A stretch of 64,000 bases of DNA, from the NCBI GenBank assembly GCA_028023455.1, contig JAQFVV010000003.1, positions 24,800,001 to 24,864,000 on the forward strand, given 5' to 3'. Positions 37,318 through 49,968 of this stretch are shown in pieces; positions within the stretch are counted from its first letter, which is position 1, and every line of letters starts with the position of its first letter. The translations under genes and the position numbers were made by a program. The DNA is from Epiperipatus broadwayi (Eukaryota; Animalia; Onychophora). Under the pieces are notes generated by a model. The model made no database searches. It saw nothing but the letters and a program-made list of their open reading frames with translations, and was not told where the DNA came from.

Positions 37318-38737
37318 TTAGAATATTCAGACACTTAAATAAATATTCTGGATCCCCCCTTCCCCGCCAACTCATAATTTCTTAGTTATTGTTTGTTCTT
37401 TATAAATATTGATGATTCAATATTTTGAACATATGGACCGTGTGTATACTTGATAAATATTTATTGAATACATAATATTCTATTTTCATTTAGTTTTCAA
37501 TAAATAATCAATTTTTATTCATTTTCTACTATATTTTGAAAATTGATTTTATACCTCACTTGTTTCACAATTATTTATAAGAGCTTACATTTTCTTAAAT
37601 AATTTAAATTGATATGTTTTTCCAGGAAGTCCATGAATGAAGTAGGATACATTTTCATTTTTTTCAATTTCTTTTTATTTAGAGATGGATTAATTTTATA
37701 TTTATTTCCTACTTTAAGTATCTTACCCCAGGTCCTGACCATGAGATCAGACGGACTAATTCTAACACTAGGTCCATTTATAAATGTATGCATATTTGTA
37801 TATATACAAATATGTTTTAAAAAAATAAAAGTTTTGAAATTTAATTCATATTTTCAAGGCTGTAAGAGATGAATGCAATGAATAGATCAGAAAAGTCTTA
37901 GACCAAGAAAAGGTAAGTGATAACTTGGGATTTTAAAATATATATTTTTTCCTCTTTCAAAAATCATTACTTAATCATTCATACTTTTGAATAAAAATTT
38001 GAAACGTACCGACAATCAGTGGAGAGAAAATAATTTCATATTACCTGTTTAACATTTCCAAATATGACTTTGGCAAACTCTGAGATGCTCAACTAAGGGT
38101 AATTTTTTTTAATCATCTATTGATACTATATATCATTTTATACTAAAGTCTATTCTGACTTTCTTCTTGCATTTTCCAATAATTCTTAATAATAAGAGTC
38201 TGTATCTTAAGCCCCTGTTGTTTAATGCATTGGTAAAGTGGCTAAATGGTGAAGCCCATAGATCACACAGCTCCAGCTTTGATCAAATGGTGCTCAAACT
38301 TTTTATGAACTTCCAACCAATAAAACCTTTCACCACTATTATTTTAATGGTTGATTACTAATATTTATATTGGGTAGCAGTAACATACCATGATTCCCTT
38401 GCAGTTTAGCTCAGTGGCAGAGTGATAAGCTGAAGTGTTAAATGTGGCTCACTTTCAGCTGAATGTAGTAAAACTCAGTTAATCATTTGACTGGAACTAT
38501 TGTGCACAACCAATCACAGCTGTGCTTGAGCACCATATATTTTCTATCTATTTCCTTTAATTTAATCTGAGATAAGCTTAAGAAAATATGTCACCCAATT
38601 AGATATATAATAAATATATAACTATCTAACAGGCAAAACTCTCCATACAGTAGTGGCACTCAGTGCAAGCCAGAGTAATCAATCAGTGCCAGAGGCTTGT
38701 GCATAAAATCTCTATCCAGTACCTACTCATCCAATAT

Positions 38738-38779
38738 CTCCAGACTAGTTTCTAGCTTGTGGCTTTCGTCAGTGAGGAG
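38738..38779 (-). ncRNA. Family D minimal hammerhead
   Basis: Minus strand: ctcctca CTGACGA a-agc-cacaa-gct-a GAAA ctag TC tggag; palindromic ACTAGT stem III, GUC triplet, A-A mismatch at the base of stem II. Confidence 0.65.
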
Positions 38780-39110
38780 CATTGGCATGCACTGAGTGGT
38801 ACTACTGGATGGAGAGTTTTCAGTTATGAGCAAGCATAAGAAATGATGATCATGTGATGCTTAATGGTTAAATATTAATACTGCCTAATAGAATAGTGGT
38901 GGCTATAGTTATTAACAAACCCAAGACACCAAAATGTATGGGTACTGAACTGAATTCAGACCTATATGACTATATAAGCTAATGAGCTTGGATTGAAAAT
39001 ATTATTGAAATTTTATTCTCACAGTTTTGAAGTTAAGTAGAGAGAAAAGGTGGCTGCTGGAGGGTGGCATTAGATCCTAAGATCTAGATGCAGTGCTCTC
39101 AGATCCAAGG

Positions 39111-39152
39111 CTCCTCACTGACGAAAGCCACCAGCTAAAAATTAGTCTGGGA
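39111..39152 (+). ncRNA. Degenerate family D hammerhead
   Basis: ctcctca CTGACGA aagccaccagcta AAAA ttag TC tggg. Confidence 0.5.
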
Positions 39153-40999
39153 ATATTGGATGTAGTAGGCACTAGATAGGGATTTTATGCACAAACCTTC
39201 TGGCATCCATTGATTACTCTGGCTTGTGCTGAGTGGCACTACTGTATGGAGAGTTTTGCCTGTTTCAATAATAGTTATGAGCAAGTGTAAGAAATAGTGA
39301 TCATGTGATATTTAATGGTTATATATCTATCTATTCTTAATCTCGATATTTAGTTATTATTTTAACTGGGTTAATATGTAATTAAAAATACACCTGTCAC
39401 TATGGACAGGGTAACAGAATTAAATGATTAAATAAGGCATTAGCAAATGTATCACCTGTTTAGAATCTCTACTGTTTTTTTTTTATATTTTGCTAATTAT
39501 TAAATTATCTAAAAAATAAAAAATCCATATTCTAAATATCTAAAAAATAAAAAACTCCACATTCTAAATATATAAATAATACTAAACTCTGAATATTGAT
39601 ATCATATTATTTATTTATTAAGAAGGTGAATTTTTTATTTTTTAGATAATCTAAATATATAAAAAAACCTGTAGAGATTCCAAACAGGAGATACATTTGC
39701 TAATGTCTTACTTAATCGTTATTCTACCATTATCCATCATTATGTAGTTCATAGTTTAAATATGTCACATTTTTACAAAGATCAATGATTGTCAAATTCC
39801 ATTTATTAAACAGATGAACACAACAACCATGGATTGTCCTAAATCTGTTGATGAGATTCCAGTAAGCTAGAAAGATTAAACCCAACTGCTTTACTGTTAG
39901 ATATGAAAAACTAAAATAGTTTGGAATTCATTTTTTTTTTTACATTTTTATTGATGTTGACCTCTATAAACTTTATTAGTTGCATCCCTTGAAAATGACC
40001 TATCTTCTAGTTTTTCAAGCATTTATTTATTTAATAAACATTTTTCTTTCTCTTCTAATTAAAGAAAACTATCTATTCACACTTATAAATAAATTAGTAG
40101 AAGAAACTTCAATCAGGAGATTAGAATCACTTATGGCTTTATTAAAAAATCTTCACTTCTTCCATTGTACGCATAAATTGGACAATCATTAACTATGTAT
40201 AAGTTCATACTTTGTGTTTGTCACAGCTATATTTCTGAAGCAGATATGTATAACAGCCACAAGTTACTCTAAACCTATTTATATGACTCCAATCTAGGAA
40301 ACCCAAAATTGAACAGGATTTATTGTGAAATTTGGAAAAAGTAATATGTTTGCAAGTGTGCAGAATGTTCTGATAAAGTGCCAAAGATGTTATAATCTCA
40401 ATATCAGTTGGATTACATCAGTTACTTTACATAAACCTGAGCACAAATTAAAGTAATAAACTAGAAGTTTCTACTTGTGCATGTCAATTTCTACACACAC
40501 ACAGTACATAATTATAATCAATTATATTGTGTATGAAATAAAAACAGTTATCCACAGACTAATTCTGATGTAATTCAATATCTATATTTATACATTATTA
40601 ATGAAGATCATAAATTTTGGCAGTTATCATAACAACAGTATTCAGACTATCCACTGCTCTTTGGTATGCAAACTATATTTGCAATTATTACATTAACACA
40701 AATATTCCTTAGCAAAGTTTTTATATGAGTCCATTTTTGCATATTTATTTCTCATTGGCATAATTAATTTTTAATATACAAACAAATGTAGGATTGGCAT
40801 ATGTAAAATTTCTAGAGTAGCATAATAATGAGGTATTTCATTTACATACTATCACTATGTATTTACATGGTTAAATAATAAACTTTACATTCACGTGTAT
40901 ACAATATACACACTAACAGTTCAGCCCCCCCCCCCAATCTAGAAATACTGCTCTTATTCACATACATAATTCTTAAATTTAGCAGGTTATTTGTGTATG

Positions 41000-43620
41000 T
41001 ATACTCTTTCTAGCAAAAAAATCTTTCTTCCTCTTCTTGTGAAGTTATAATCCTTTCTTCTTGGAACAATTTTGAAGTAACACAATCTCCCATTGGTTCA
41101 ATAATTTGATCAGTGATTGGGTCATTTTTTCCAGCTTGATCTATTTTCAGTTTGCTCCTCCTCATTCCCAAAAAAATTTGCATCACCATGCTGATTTAAT
41201 ACGAATATTATCTATATCTGGTAACTCACATTCACATTTCCATAAATGATTATGTATTTTTTAATTTTCTATTATCCAATTTTATTAATCTTATTTGTTT
41301 CGATAAGATTTTCAATATACCATTTATTTTTTAAAATATCTTGTATCTAAACATTTTCTCCAACATTAAAATTTGTAAAATTCATAGTCATTAAAAGTTT
41401 TATTTTTAGTTGGCAATAATTTAGAAAGATGAGTATAGCATTACAATTTCAGCAGTGTACATGGAGTGAAGTGCTGGAAAAACATTGCATCCAACAATGC
41501 TTTCATAATATCCTTGTGGCTGGTTTTATTCAGAATAGATTTTAATTGTTAAACTGCCCTCTTAGCAAGATAATTAGATTCAGAATGATAATGATTGTTG
41601 ACATATTCCCTTATCTGTTATAAAATCCTTAAACTGTTAAAATGCAAAGTCAGTCCCATTGTCGATCACTATAATCTCAGGATAACTATGATTTGAAAAA
41701 ATCTCTTTCAGTCCTCTAATAGTGCTCTCTGCACTAATGTTTTTAATGATTTTACATTCCATCCACCATGAATGAGACCATAACTATTAAAAATATATAA
41801 TTCTTCATTGATCCAGCATGATCTAGATGAAGACATTTCAAAGGTTGAGTGGATTTAAGCCAAGATTCCAATTTTTTGGTGGAAGATTAACAGTTGATTA
41901 ACACTGTATACAAGTCTTCATCATTTGTTCAACTTCTTAACTCAGCTTTAGCCACCAAATATATGACCCAGCCAAAGCTTTTATGCAGACAACTCATGAT
42001 GACCTTAATGGTGCAACATATGTATATGTTTTTAGAATTCTATAGGAATGAGAACACAGACCATCATCAATACACAACAATTAAAAGTTGATAAACTTTC
42101 ACACACATTCCAGATAGACTTTACAACTTCATTGAGATGTTCTTTCAGCCAATCTTGCTTAATCCATTTCATTAACATTGCATATCTAGAGTACTGAACT
42201 TTTTATCAATTTATAGTTCATGAAATTAATATAATTGATCTACATCTGCTTTTATTGATGCTCTTTAGCATCAGGCAGATGTAATAAGACATCCACATGG
42301 CAATCTGCATTCCAGGCTTCAATAACATTCATAATCATATGCTGTTAGCATATTTATCCAGCATAACATATATGGGCTTGTACATTCTGGAATTTTTTTA
42401 GCATTGCTAAATATTGTCAATAGTGAATGGTAATCATTACAAATGTAAAATTTCCATCCATAAATATATTGATGGAACTTTCTTATGTTAATGATTATAG
42501 TTAAAGCTTCCATGTTGAGCTGAGTGTAGTTTTTCTCAGCTGCCAATAATGTTCTCCAAGCATAGGCTACAGTATCTTCTCCTTAATAGCAATGGTGGGC
42601 ATTCAGACTAATTCCACATTCCAATGCATCTGTTGTAATTATTATATCCAAGTCATTATGATAATATAGAAGAGTTGATTTGATGTAAGTAGGTCTTAAG
42701 CTTTCTGGAAGGCCATATCCTGTTCTTCAGACCATTTCCATCTTTGTTGCTTTTTTAATATTATATATAAAGATGATAACATGAGACTCCTTTGTGAAAG
42801 CTCTCAAAAAAGTTCAATAGGCATAAAAATGCCTACAAATCTTTTACATTCATAGGTTCCTTAGCATTTTTATTGCTTTTATTTTATTCAGATTAGAATA
42901 TTTTCCATTTTTATTAATTATGTGGCCTAGAAACTTTATACACAATGTTTATCATATACATTCAGCAATATTTAGCTTCATTCCTACTCTATACATATTG
43001 CCATGTCATGCTCACATTCAGTAGTAACCAAAATTGTATTTAAATATACAATGACACCTTCCATGCCCTAAAGTAAATTATCCATTTTAGCTTGGAAGAC
43101 ATTATGTGCAACTGTAATACTATATGCAAGTTAGTAATTCCACTGATCTATCAGTGATGGTGATTTGGTGGAAAGTGGACTTTAAATCCATTTTTGCAAA
43201 AAAAAAAACTTTTTGCAATGATTTAAGTAATTATATAAGCTAAGCAACAGTGTATACTTCTTTTATTGATAACATTTATTTAGTATATGATGATAGCCTC
43301 CACATAAGTGAAAATTTCCACCTGGCTTCTGGACAAATCTTCTATTGGTGTTAATATGTCTTTGTGAACCATCCCATTGATAACTTTTCCATTTCCTCTT
43401 TTAATGTGAATGGAATTTATGTGGCTTGGATACAATTGGGTGAACATCCTTTATTAGTTCAAGGTCGACTTGTCATGTTAATAACTCCATTGGTCCCGAT
43501 ATAAACAACTGAATGCATTTTTCCTAATTATTCTCTTGATACAATTTACATAGATTCCCAAATGATAAAACAGTTTCTCTCTAGTAATGGGCTAAAAATT
43601 TTATTACATTTCCACATAGT
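41000..43620 (-). mobile_element. Ty3/gypsy LTR retrotransposon pol relic (RT-RNase H-integrase)
   Basis: RNase H AAEKNYTQLNMEALTII..KFHQYIYG (ORF 42319-42546); integrase IFSNHSYPEIIVIDNGTDF..YHSESNYLAKRAV; domain order is gypsy-type; many stops. Confidence 0.85.
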
Positions 43621-43779
43621 CACAAATAGTCCTTAGTATATTTTTTTATACGAGACCATTTTTTGCGTAATATGCATTTAATTATACGATAAGCATATGT
43701 AGATTTTCTAGAGTGACATAAATATTTTAAAATATAGTCTGCTTTAATCAAATGCATTTTTTACTAAAATTCTTTTACT

Positions 43780-44110
43780 TTATAACCATAATGAGAACTT
43801 GTTGGAACTTGGATAGTGTATTATTGGTACAAATAACTTAACATAAAAGAAAATATGCTTATATATTTGAAAAAGAAGTTTTTAATAATGCGTCATCAAT
43901 TCTTACTTATGGATCTGAAACCTGAACATTTAACAAAACAGCAATGAGGTTATGGAAAAATGTATGATAGGAGTAACAAGAGCGATTGAAAATGAAACAC
44001 ATGGGAGAAAGAAGAAATAGATATTAATGACATTATTGAAAAACTAAAGAGACAGAAATGGAAATGGGCTGGACATATTGCTAGAAAAGATGATAATAAA
44101 TGGACAGTTA
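43780..44110 (+). mobile_element. RTE LINE 3' fragment
   Basis: LTYGSET remnant and KWKWAGHIARKDDNKWT, same family as 2790-5535. Confidence 0.75.
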
Positions 44111-45759
44111 AAGTCTTTTAATAATTTCACTGACTTCTACAACAATGAACTGTGGAAATCATAAATGATTGACATGTCTCTTCAAAATTTTTCCATTATT
44201 CAGTTTAACTACTCAAATATACTTAGCAATACATTTCCATGACAACAGTACCTTCAAGATAAGTTCCATGACAACAGTAGGAAAACATTTCCTTTTTAAA
44301 ATATCACAACTCCACACTAATAAGCTATTTTAAACTTTTCAACATCAAAATTATTATTCACAATAACTTTATTATCTGGCAACACTTTTGTTAAATGTGT
44401 GTGACATTTCCAATGCAGCAACAGTTCAGCTGGTGTTTTCATTGTTGACAAACTAGGGGTGAAAATGTTGCTAAAACATCTCATCAAACAAAACTTAATG
44501 TATGTCTTTGTGAGATGTTTTACTCAGTGCCTCTTTCAAATGTTACATTATTTTTTCAGCTAAACTATTTGATTCTGGATGATAAGGGGTGGTGAGTATG
44601 TGTTTTATCCCTTTATGGGATTAAAAAACTCTTGGAACTCTTGAGATGTAAATTCTGTCCCATTGTCTGATACTATTATTTTCAGAAAACTTTGGCCTAT
44701 AAAGATCTCTTTTAAATGAAAATCTGTAAAAATTCCTGATAATAAAAAAAACAAAACAACTAATTACATCTTTAATTAGATAAATTCTAATTATAGATAA
44801 AATTAAGTACTTAACTGATTTTTTTTTTAACTTACATTTTTTATAAATGTACATACACATCACTTTTACAAACTTTCATTAAAAAAAGACAAACTGTCCT
44901 CAATCCTTTCTATTAATGTTCTGTATGCATGCTTGTGTATATTCTTACAGATTTGTCACAATTTTTCTTTTTAAAAAGTCATTTATAATTTGTGGAAACA
45001 AATTAAACAATTTAAAATTTGAATCATTAATTTCAGTGATTAATAATTCATATCCATTATTATCTATAATCAATCTTAATCTTTAAGTACCACAACCAGC
45101 AAATCTACACATATTTATATCAGAAATCTTTTAGACAACATTAGAATTCTCATTAATGAATAGTTTAAAAAAAAAAAAAAAACAACTTTAAAATTATTTT
45201 AAAAGTAACAAAAAATTAACAGTGTTCCTCAAAAATACAAATACTCATGTCGGCTAATACAGACTGATAGCAATTGCTTAAAATACCAGAACAATCTATT
45301 ATTCTATCAGTGATTTGTTAAAAAAAAACGAAGAAAATTATATACACTAAACTTAAAAGTAGTATTTTTACATATAGTGTACCTTTACATAATTTCGAAA
45401 TATTATTAAAATTATTTTTAAATTTTCTAACATTTTTCTATCTCCTTACTATTTAAGTTTAAAAAAAAAATAATTCAAATTTAACTTTTGAGCTTACTAC
45501 AGGATAAGATAAATGAGCTTAATTAAATAACCCATTAAATAGCAAAGGTCCCTTCTACACTTCCCTCTCACACCTTTACTGTCATTTCTAATAAAATCTC
45601 TCACTGAATGTTTGCATTGACTACACTTATTAAAAATATTTGTATTTCATTCATTGTTTGATTATGAAATGTTAAGTTTTTAGGTTATTATTTTTATGCT
45701 TTCAAACATATATTATTTTTACTTTTTTATTTTTTTACAAAAATAAAAAATAAGATGAA

Positions 45760-46370
45760 CATAGCCATTAAACATCACATGATCACCATTTATTATGCTT
45801 GCTTATAACTGTTATTAAACAGGCAAAACTCTCCATACAGTACTCTGTATGGAGATTACTCTGTATAGAGATTACTCTGGCTTGCACTGAATGGCAATAC
45901 TGTATGGAGAGTTTTGCCTGTTTAATAACAGTTATAAGCAAGCATAAAATGGTGATCATGTGATATTTATTGGCTTAAAACCAATCCTGCATAATAGGAT
46001 AGTGGTGGCTATGGTTATTAAAGAACCAAAGATACCAAAATGTACAGGTGCTGAACTCAGTTCAGACCTATATGGCTATATAAGCTAATGAGCTTGGATT
46101 GAAAATATTGTGTTTTCAATTTAGGACTCATAATTTTGTAGTTAAATAGAGATAAGGGATGGCTGCTGGTGAGTTGCATTAGATCCTAAGATCTAGGTAC
46201 AGTGCTTTCAGATCCAAGGCTCCTCACTGACAAAGATCACAAGGCTGGGGATATTGGATGAGTAGGCATTAGATGGGGATATTATGCACAAGCCTTCTGA
46301 CATCCATTGATTACTCTGGCTTGCACTGAGTGGCAATACTGTATGGAGAGTTTTACCTGTTTAATAAGAT
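45760..46370. repeat. Family D: ~85-bp near-perfect inverted arms plus 439-bp monomer (HHR partly deleted)
   Basis: 45760-45843 is inverted relative to 45895-45978; attactctggcttgcactga occurs at 45871 and 46310. Confidence 0.9.
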
Positions 46371-47399
46371 GAATATATATGCAATTAGCAACTTAACTTT
46401 TAATAATATTTTGAATGAATTTATGATTAATGATGAGAGATAAAATGCTTTTAAACAATAAGCACTGTAACAAATAACAACAACAAAAAACAATATTTGT
46501 TCATCATCTAAGATAAACTGTCATTGAAAAAAGTAAACCATTGATTTAATGCCCATAGAAAATGGTACAGCCTTCAGCAAAAATGAAGGTTGCACTATGT
46601 TACAATCATATATTTTAGCAATACTTATACGATCAACTTAGTTCAACTTGGGAATTTTACTCACTAGTTAATAATTCTTAGATATTCATTTTCTGATTAC
46701 TATTGGATGACTAATTAAATTGACTGTAAGCTAGTTATGAGAGAGAAAATAATAATCTAAAAAAATTTCCAAGTACAACTAGATTAAAGAAGACATTAGA
46801 AATTAGGCATAGTAGGAAAATTGCACTAAAGGTGCTACTATGAAATTTGTTGTTTTCCATCTCATGTCTATAACAATCTCAGTTGTCAAATGAGTGTAAA
46901 ACAAAAGTACAATTTTAGTATAATGCAGTCTTCGATATTGATGAAAGCGAACTTAATTAATAGACTATGTTTAATGCTTATAGAGAACAAAAACAATTTT
47001 TATAAGCTATAAATATTTTTCAAAACAAATCATAATTTCAAATTTTTCATTTAAAACTCTATAAATATATATATTTCAATTTGTTTTTTATATTATTATC
47101 ATCATCATTATACATAAATGTGAGAGAGTAGTAAAGTGGCTTGTAAGGCTGAAAATGATCTTCTATAAGATTCCCAATATATGAAGTAAAGAATTATTTA
47201 TTAGGGATGGATGTAAAAATCTTGTGTCAAAAGAATAAGCATAAAATGGATCTCTTTAATAGTTATTCTATTGTGAGATAGAAGGGGCAGAAGCTTCATT
47301 TCATTCCACACTTTGCCATAAGATATATTAGAAGCTTGTAGCTGTTGATTGTCATGAATCATAACAATTCAAATAAAAAGATTCTTTGAGACCATTTTA

Positions 47400-48200
47400 T
47401 GAGTTATTTGCCTTAAATCAGAAAATATCAGGGCACCGAATTTCAAGATCATTAAAAACTTTCTTTCCATATTTCTCTATTATAAATCTGTTCCTTTTTT
47501 TTTTCCCATTTCTTATCCCCAGCTGATATTATTCTCCAATTTTATCATCTTTTTCCTGTATTATCTTAGCATTTTTATTCTTTGTTACCATTATGAAATT
47601 ATTTTTATTTCCTTTTTAATGAATTTTATCAATTTTTTCATGCATGTTTTATACTTCAACATAATTCTGATTATTGCTGGTATGCATATTTGAATACACA
47701 TGATCTTTTCAATATGCTTATACCAACAATTATATTTCATGATTTTCTCAGTTTACTTTTGGCTGCCTATCTTTCAGTTGAACCACAAATAACTCATCAT
47801 TCACTCAAATACTGCTTCGAAAACCCTATTTTGTAATGATTCTAAAACAATATCAATACCATTGTCTACTTTAGCTCCAAACAACACACATTCTTATAAC
47901 TTTTTTTATCATCTTCTCTCACAGAATTTCTTCTAAGAAATCTAGTCATTTCTTTTTCATCTCTGTCAGGAAATTTACCATATTCTCTAGCTTATTCACA
48001 CAAATAATACTCATATAATTTTTTTTAATTTTAAGAATTTTTATCTAGGTATGCAGATATGGATGAATATTCTCCATCCTGGAGTAATTCTATTTGCTTT
48101 TTCTAGCCACTTGAATTACATATTTATGTCTCTTTCTACAATAATACTAACTTGCTCTTTTTTTCTTTTATATATAGTTTTAATGTTTTCCATCAACAGT
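47400..48200 (-). mobile_element. Decayed LINE endonuclease-region fragment
   Basis: Minus-strand remnants resembling the APE domain (GVGIV, IIQVYAP, GDFN-like positions); no intact ORF. Confidence 0.35.
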
Positions 48201-49300
48201 TTTAAAGTTTTTAAAACTAAATATATTTAATTTAAAAAAAAAATGTTACACTGATACTAATTAAGTAATAATAGTGAACATAAAAATATTTTCAATTTTA
48301 ATACTAAAATAAAATTAAAAAGATTGCTTTATTCAAATATTTTTCCTATCCTTATGCTAATTGTAATTGATTTATTGCAATGTTTTGAAGGTTGTCTAAG
48401 AAGAGGTTTTATTCAGTGCTATGAATCTGACTGCATCAGCTCGAAAGTTGAATAAAAAAAAATTATATAACTAATTGGTATTAATGTATCTCATGAAAGC
48501 ATTGGCAACCTTAAAAAACAATGAGTGAAATAAGTTTTTCTTAAAACATACATCTTTCAGCGTGATTAATCGATTTTTGATGTAAGTGAAGATCTATCAG
48601 ATCGACTAGAAGATTTAATGTTAATGGATATCGCTATTAATATAATTTCTATTTACTTTTGTCACATAGATCTATAAATATGTATAAACACACGGATAAA
48701 GTCAAGTATAAAAATGGCAATAATAATAAACTGCTAGTTTCAAGATCAATATTAATTTATAAAATAAATTCAGTTAAAAATAGACTTCATTTTCCATTAT
48801 TTATAATCACAACGAAATTAAATAATTTCGATCATTCGCTAATTCTAATGAAAGAAAGAAAAAAATAAAGCCTTAAGACGAGCTGACAGTGATGTTGTAA
48901 ATGTTTATTGGAAGTAACAAAGTGATTCTAGTCGGAAACCACGGCCAGTATCTTTCAAAGAAAGAAATTCAAAGATTACAGCTTGAACAAGCTAATTAAT
49001 GAGGAGTCACATATTTTACTGATACAAAGATATTTTTTTAAAAAAATTTACAACCATCTTTCAAACAAATATAGCATATTAACTCAAGCAGCTAAAAATT
49101 TCAAACAATATTTCAACATTACCGGCAATTATAAATTACTTGAATGATTTTTAGCATCTATAGGAAATGAACGACTGAAATTCATTGCAAAGAAGACTAC
49201 TCCCTCCCCCATTACATGCATGCTTGTCTGTTCGTATAATATTCTATATTTTAATCATTTATATAATTTATTATTAAAAATATGCAATTTCGTGATGTGA

Positions 49301-49968
49301 TGTCACACTGCTCAGTTAATAACAGTAATAGAATTCATGTGTATTAGATATTTGTACACGCACATTAAAAACAACCAAAAAGGATGCATATTTTAAAGTG
49401 AAAGGTGTTCATGTTTAAAATCATATAAAGCAACGTTTACATTAAATTATAAAATGATAATTTAAGTATACGAATAAGAACGAGAGAAATGTTTAATTAA
49501 AAGAGTTGTTAGATTAAAACAAATTAACACAACTAATTAATTATTCCTATGGTAGAAGTATTAAAAATAGAACGAAAAATCATTCCTGAAAATATCAAGA
49601 TAATTGCGAAAAAGTATTAAAAGAAGAATTAAGCTAAGAAGCCAGCTCATTGATCTAAAAGCAGCACCTAGATGAAAAAAAATTAGATAGCCCTATACAC
49701 ACAGTGATATCCCAGCAGAAGGTTATAAATGGGATCTAGATATATTTAAAAAAAATCTCAGTCTTGATACTAAAATTCTTCAGCAAAATGTAAATTAAAT
49801 CTGATATCATATACTTTATTATTGAATAATTAGCATTTAACCTATTTATATCAAATATTTATTTTAAAGTTGTGAGACTAGTGATCTCTTTTAAATTGAT
49901 TTATGCATCTGTTCAGATTCCTTTTTGAAAGCACAACTGCCACTTACTTGTTGAGAAATCTGGAAACA
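49301..49968 (+). repeat. 5' LTR
   Basis: TG...CA; shares taaattaaatctgatat..attattgaataattagcatttaacctattt..tcaaatatttatt with 56046-56764. Confidence 0.7.

Larger units (their letters stand above)
38627..39325. repeat. HHR-bearing repeat family D: inverted arm plus ~450-bp monomer
   Basis: 38627-38780 is inverted relative to 39110-39262; agttatgagcaag recurs at 38822 and 39273. Confidence 0.9.

Noticed and set aside
35900-37920. Several mini-exon candidates on both strands (for example plus GPDHEIRRTNSNTRSIYK, minus MDLVLELVRLISWSGPG)
   Set aside because: The splice signals conflict between strands and do not join into a consistent ORF.
18500-46000. Inverted repeats as whole-genome-amplification chimeras
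   Set aside because: Most arm pairs differ by many substitutions and indels, whereas amplification chimeras would be near-identical. The 45.76-45.98 kb arms are closest and deserve a read check.
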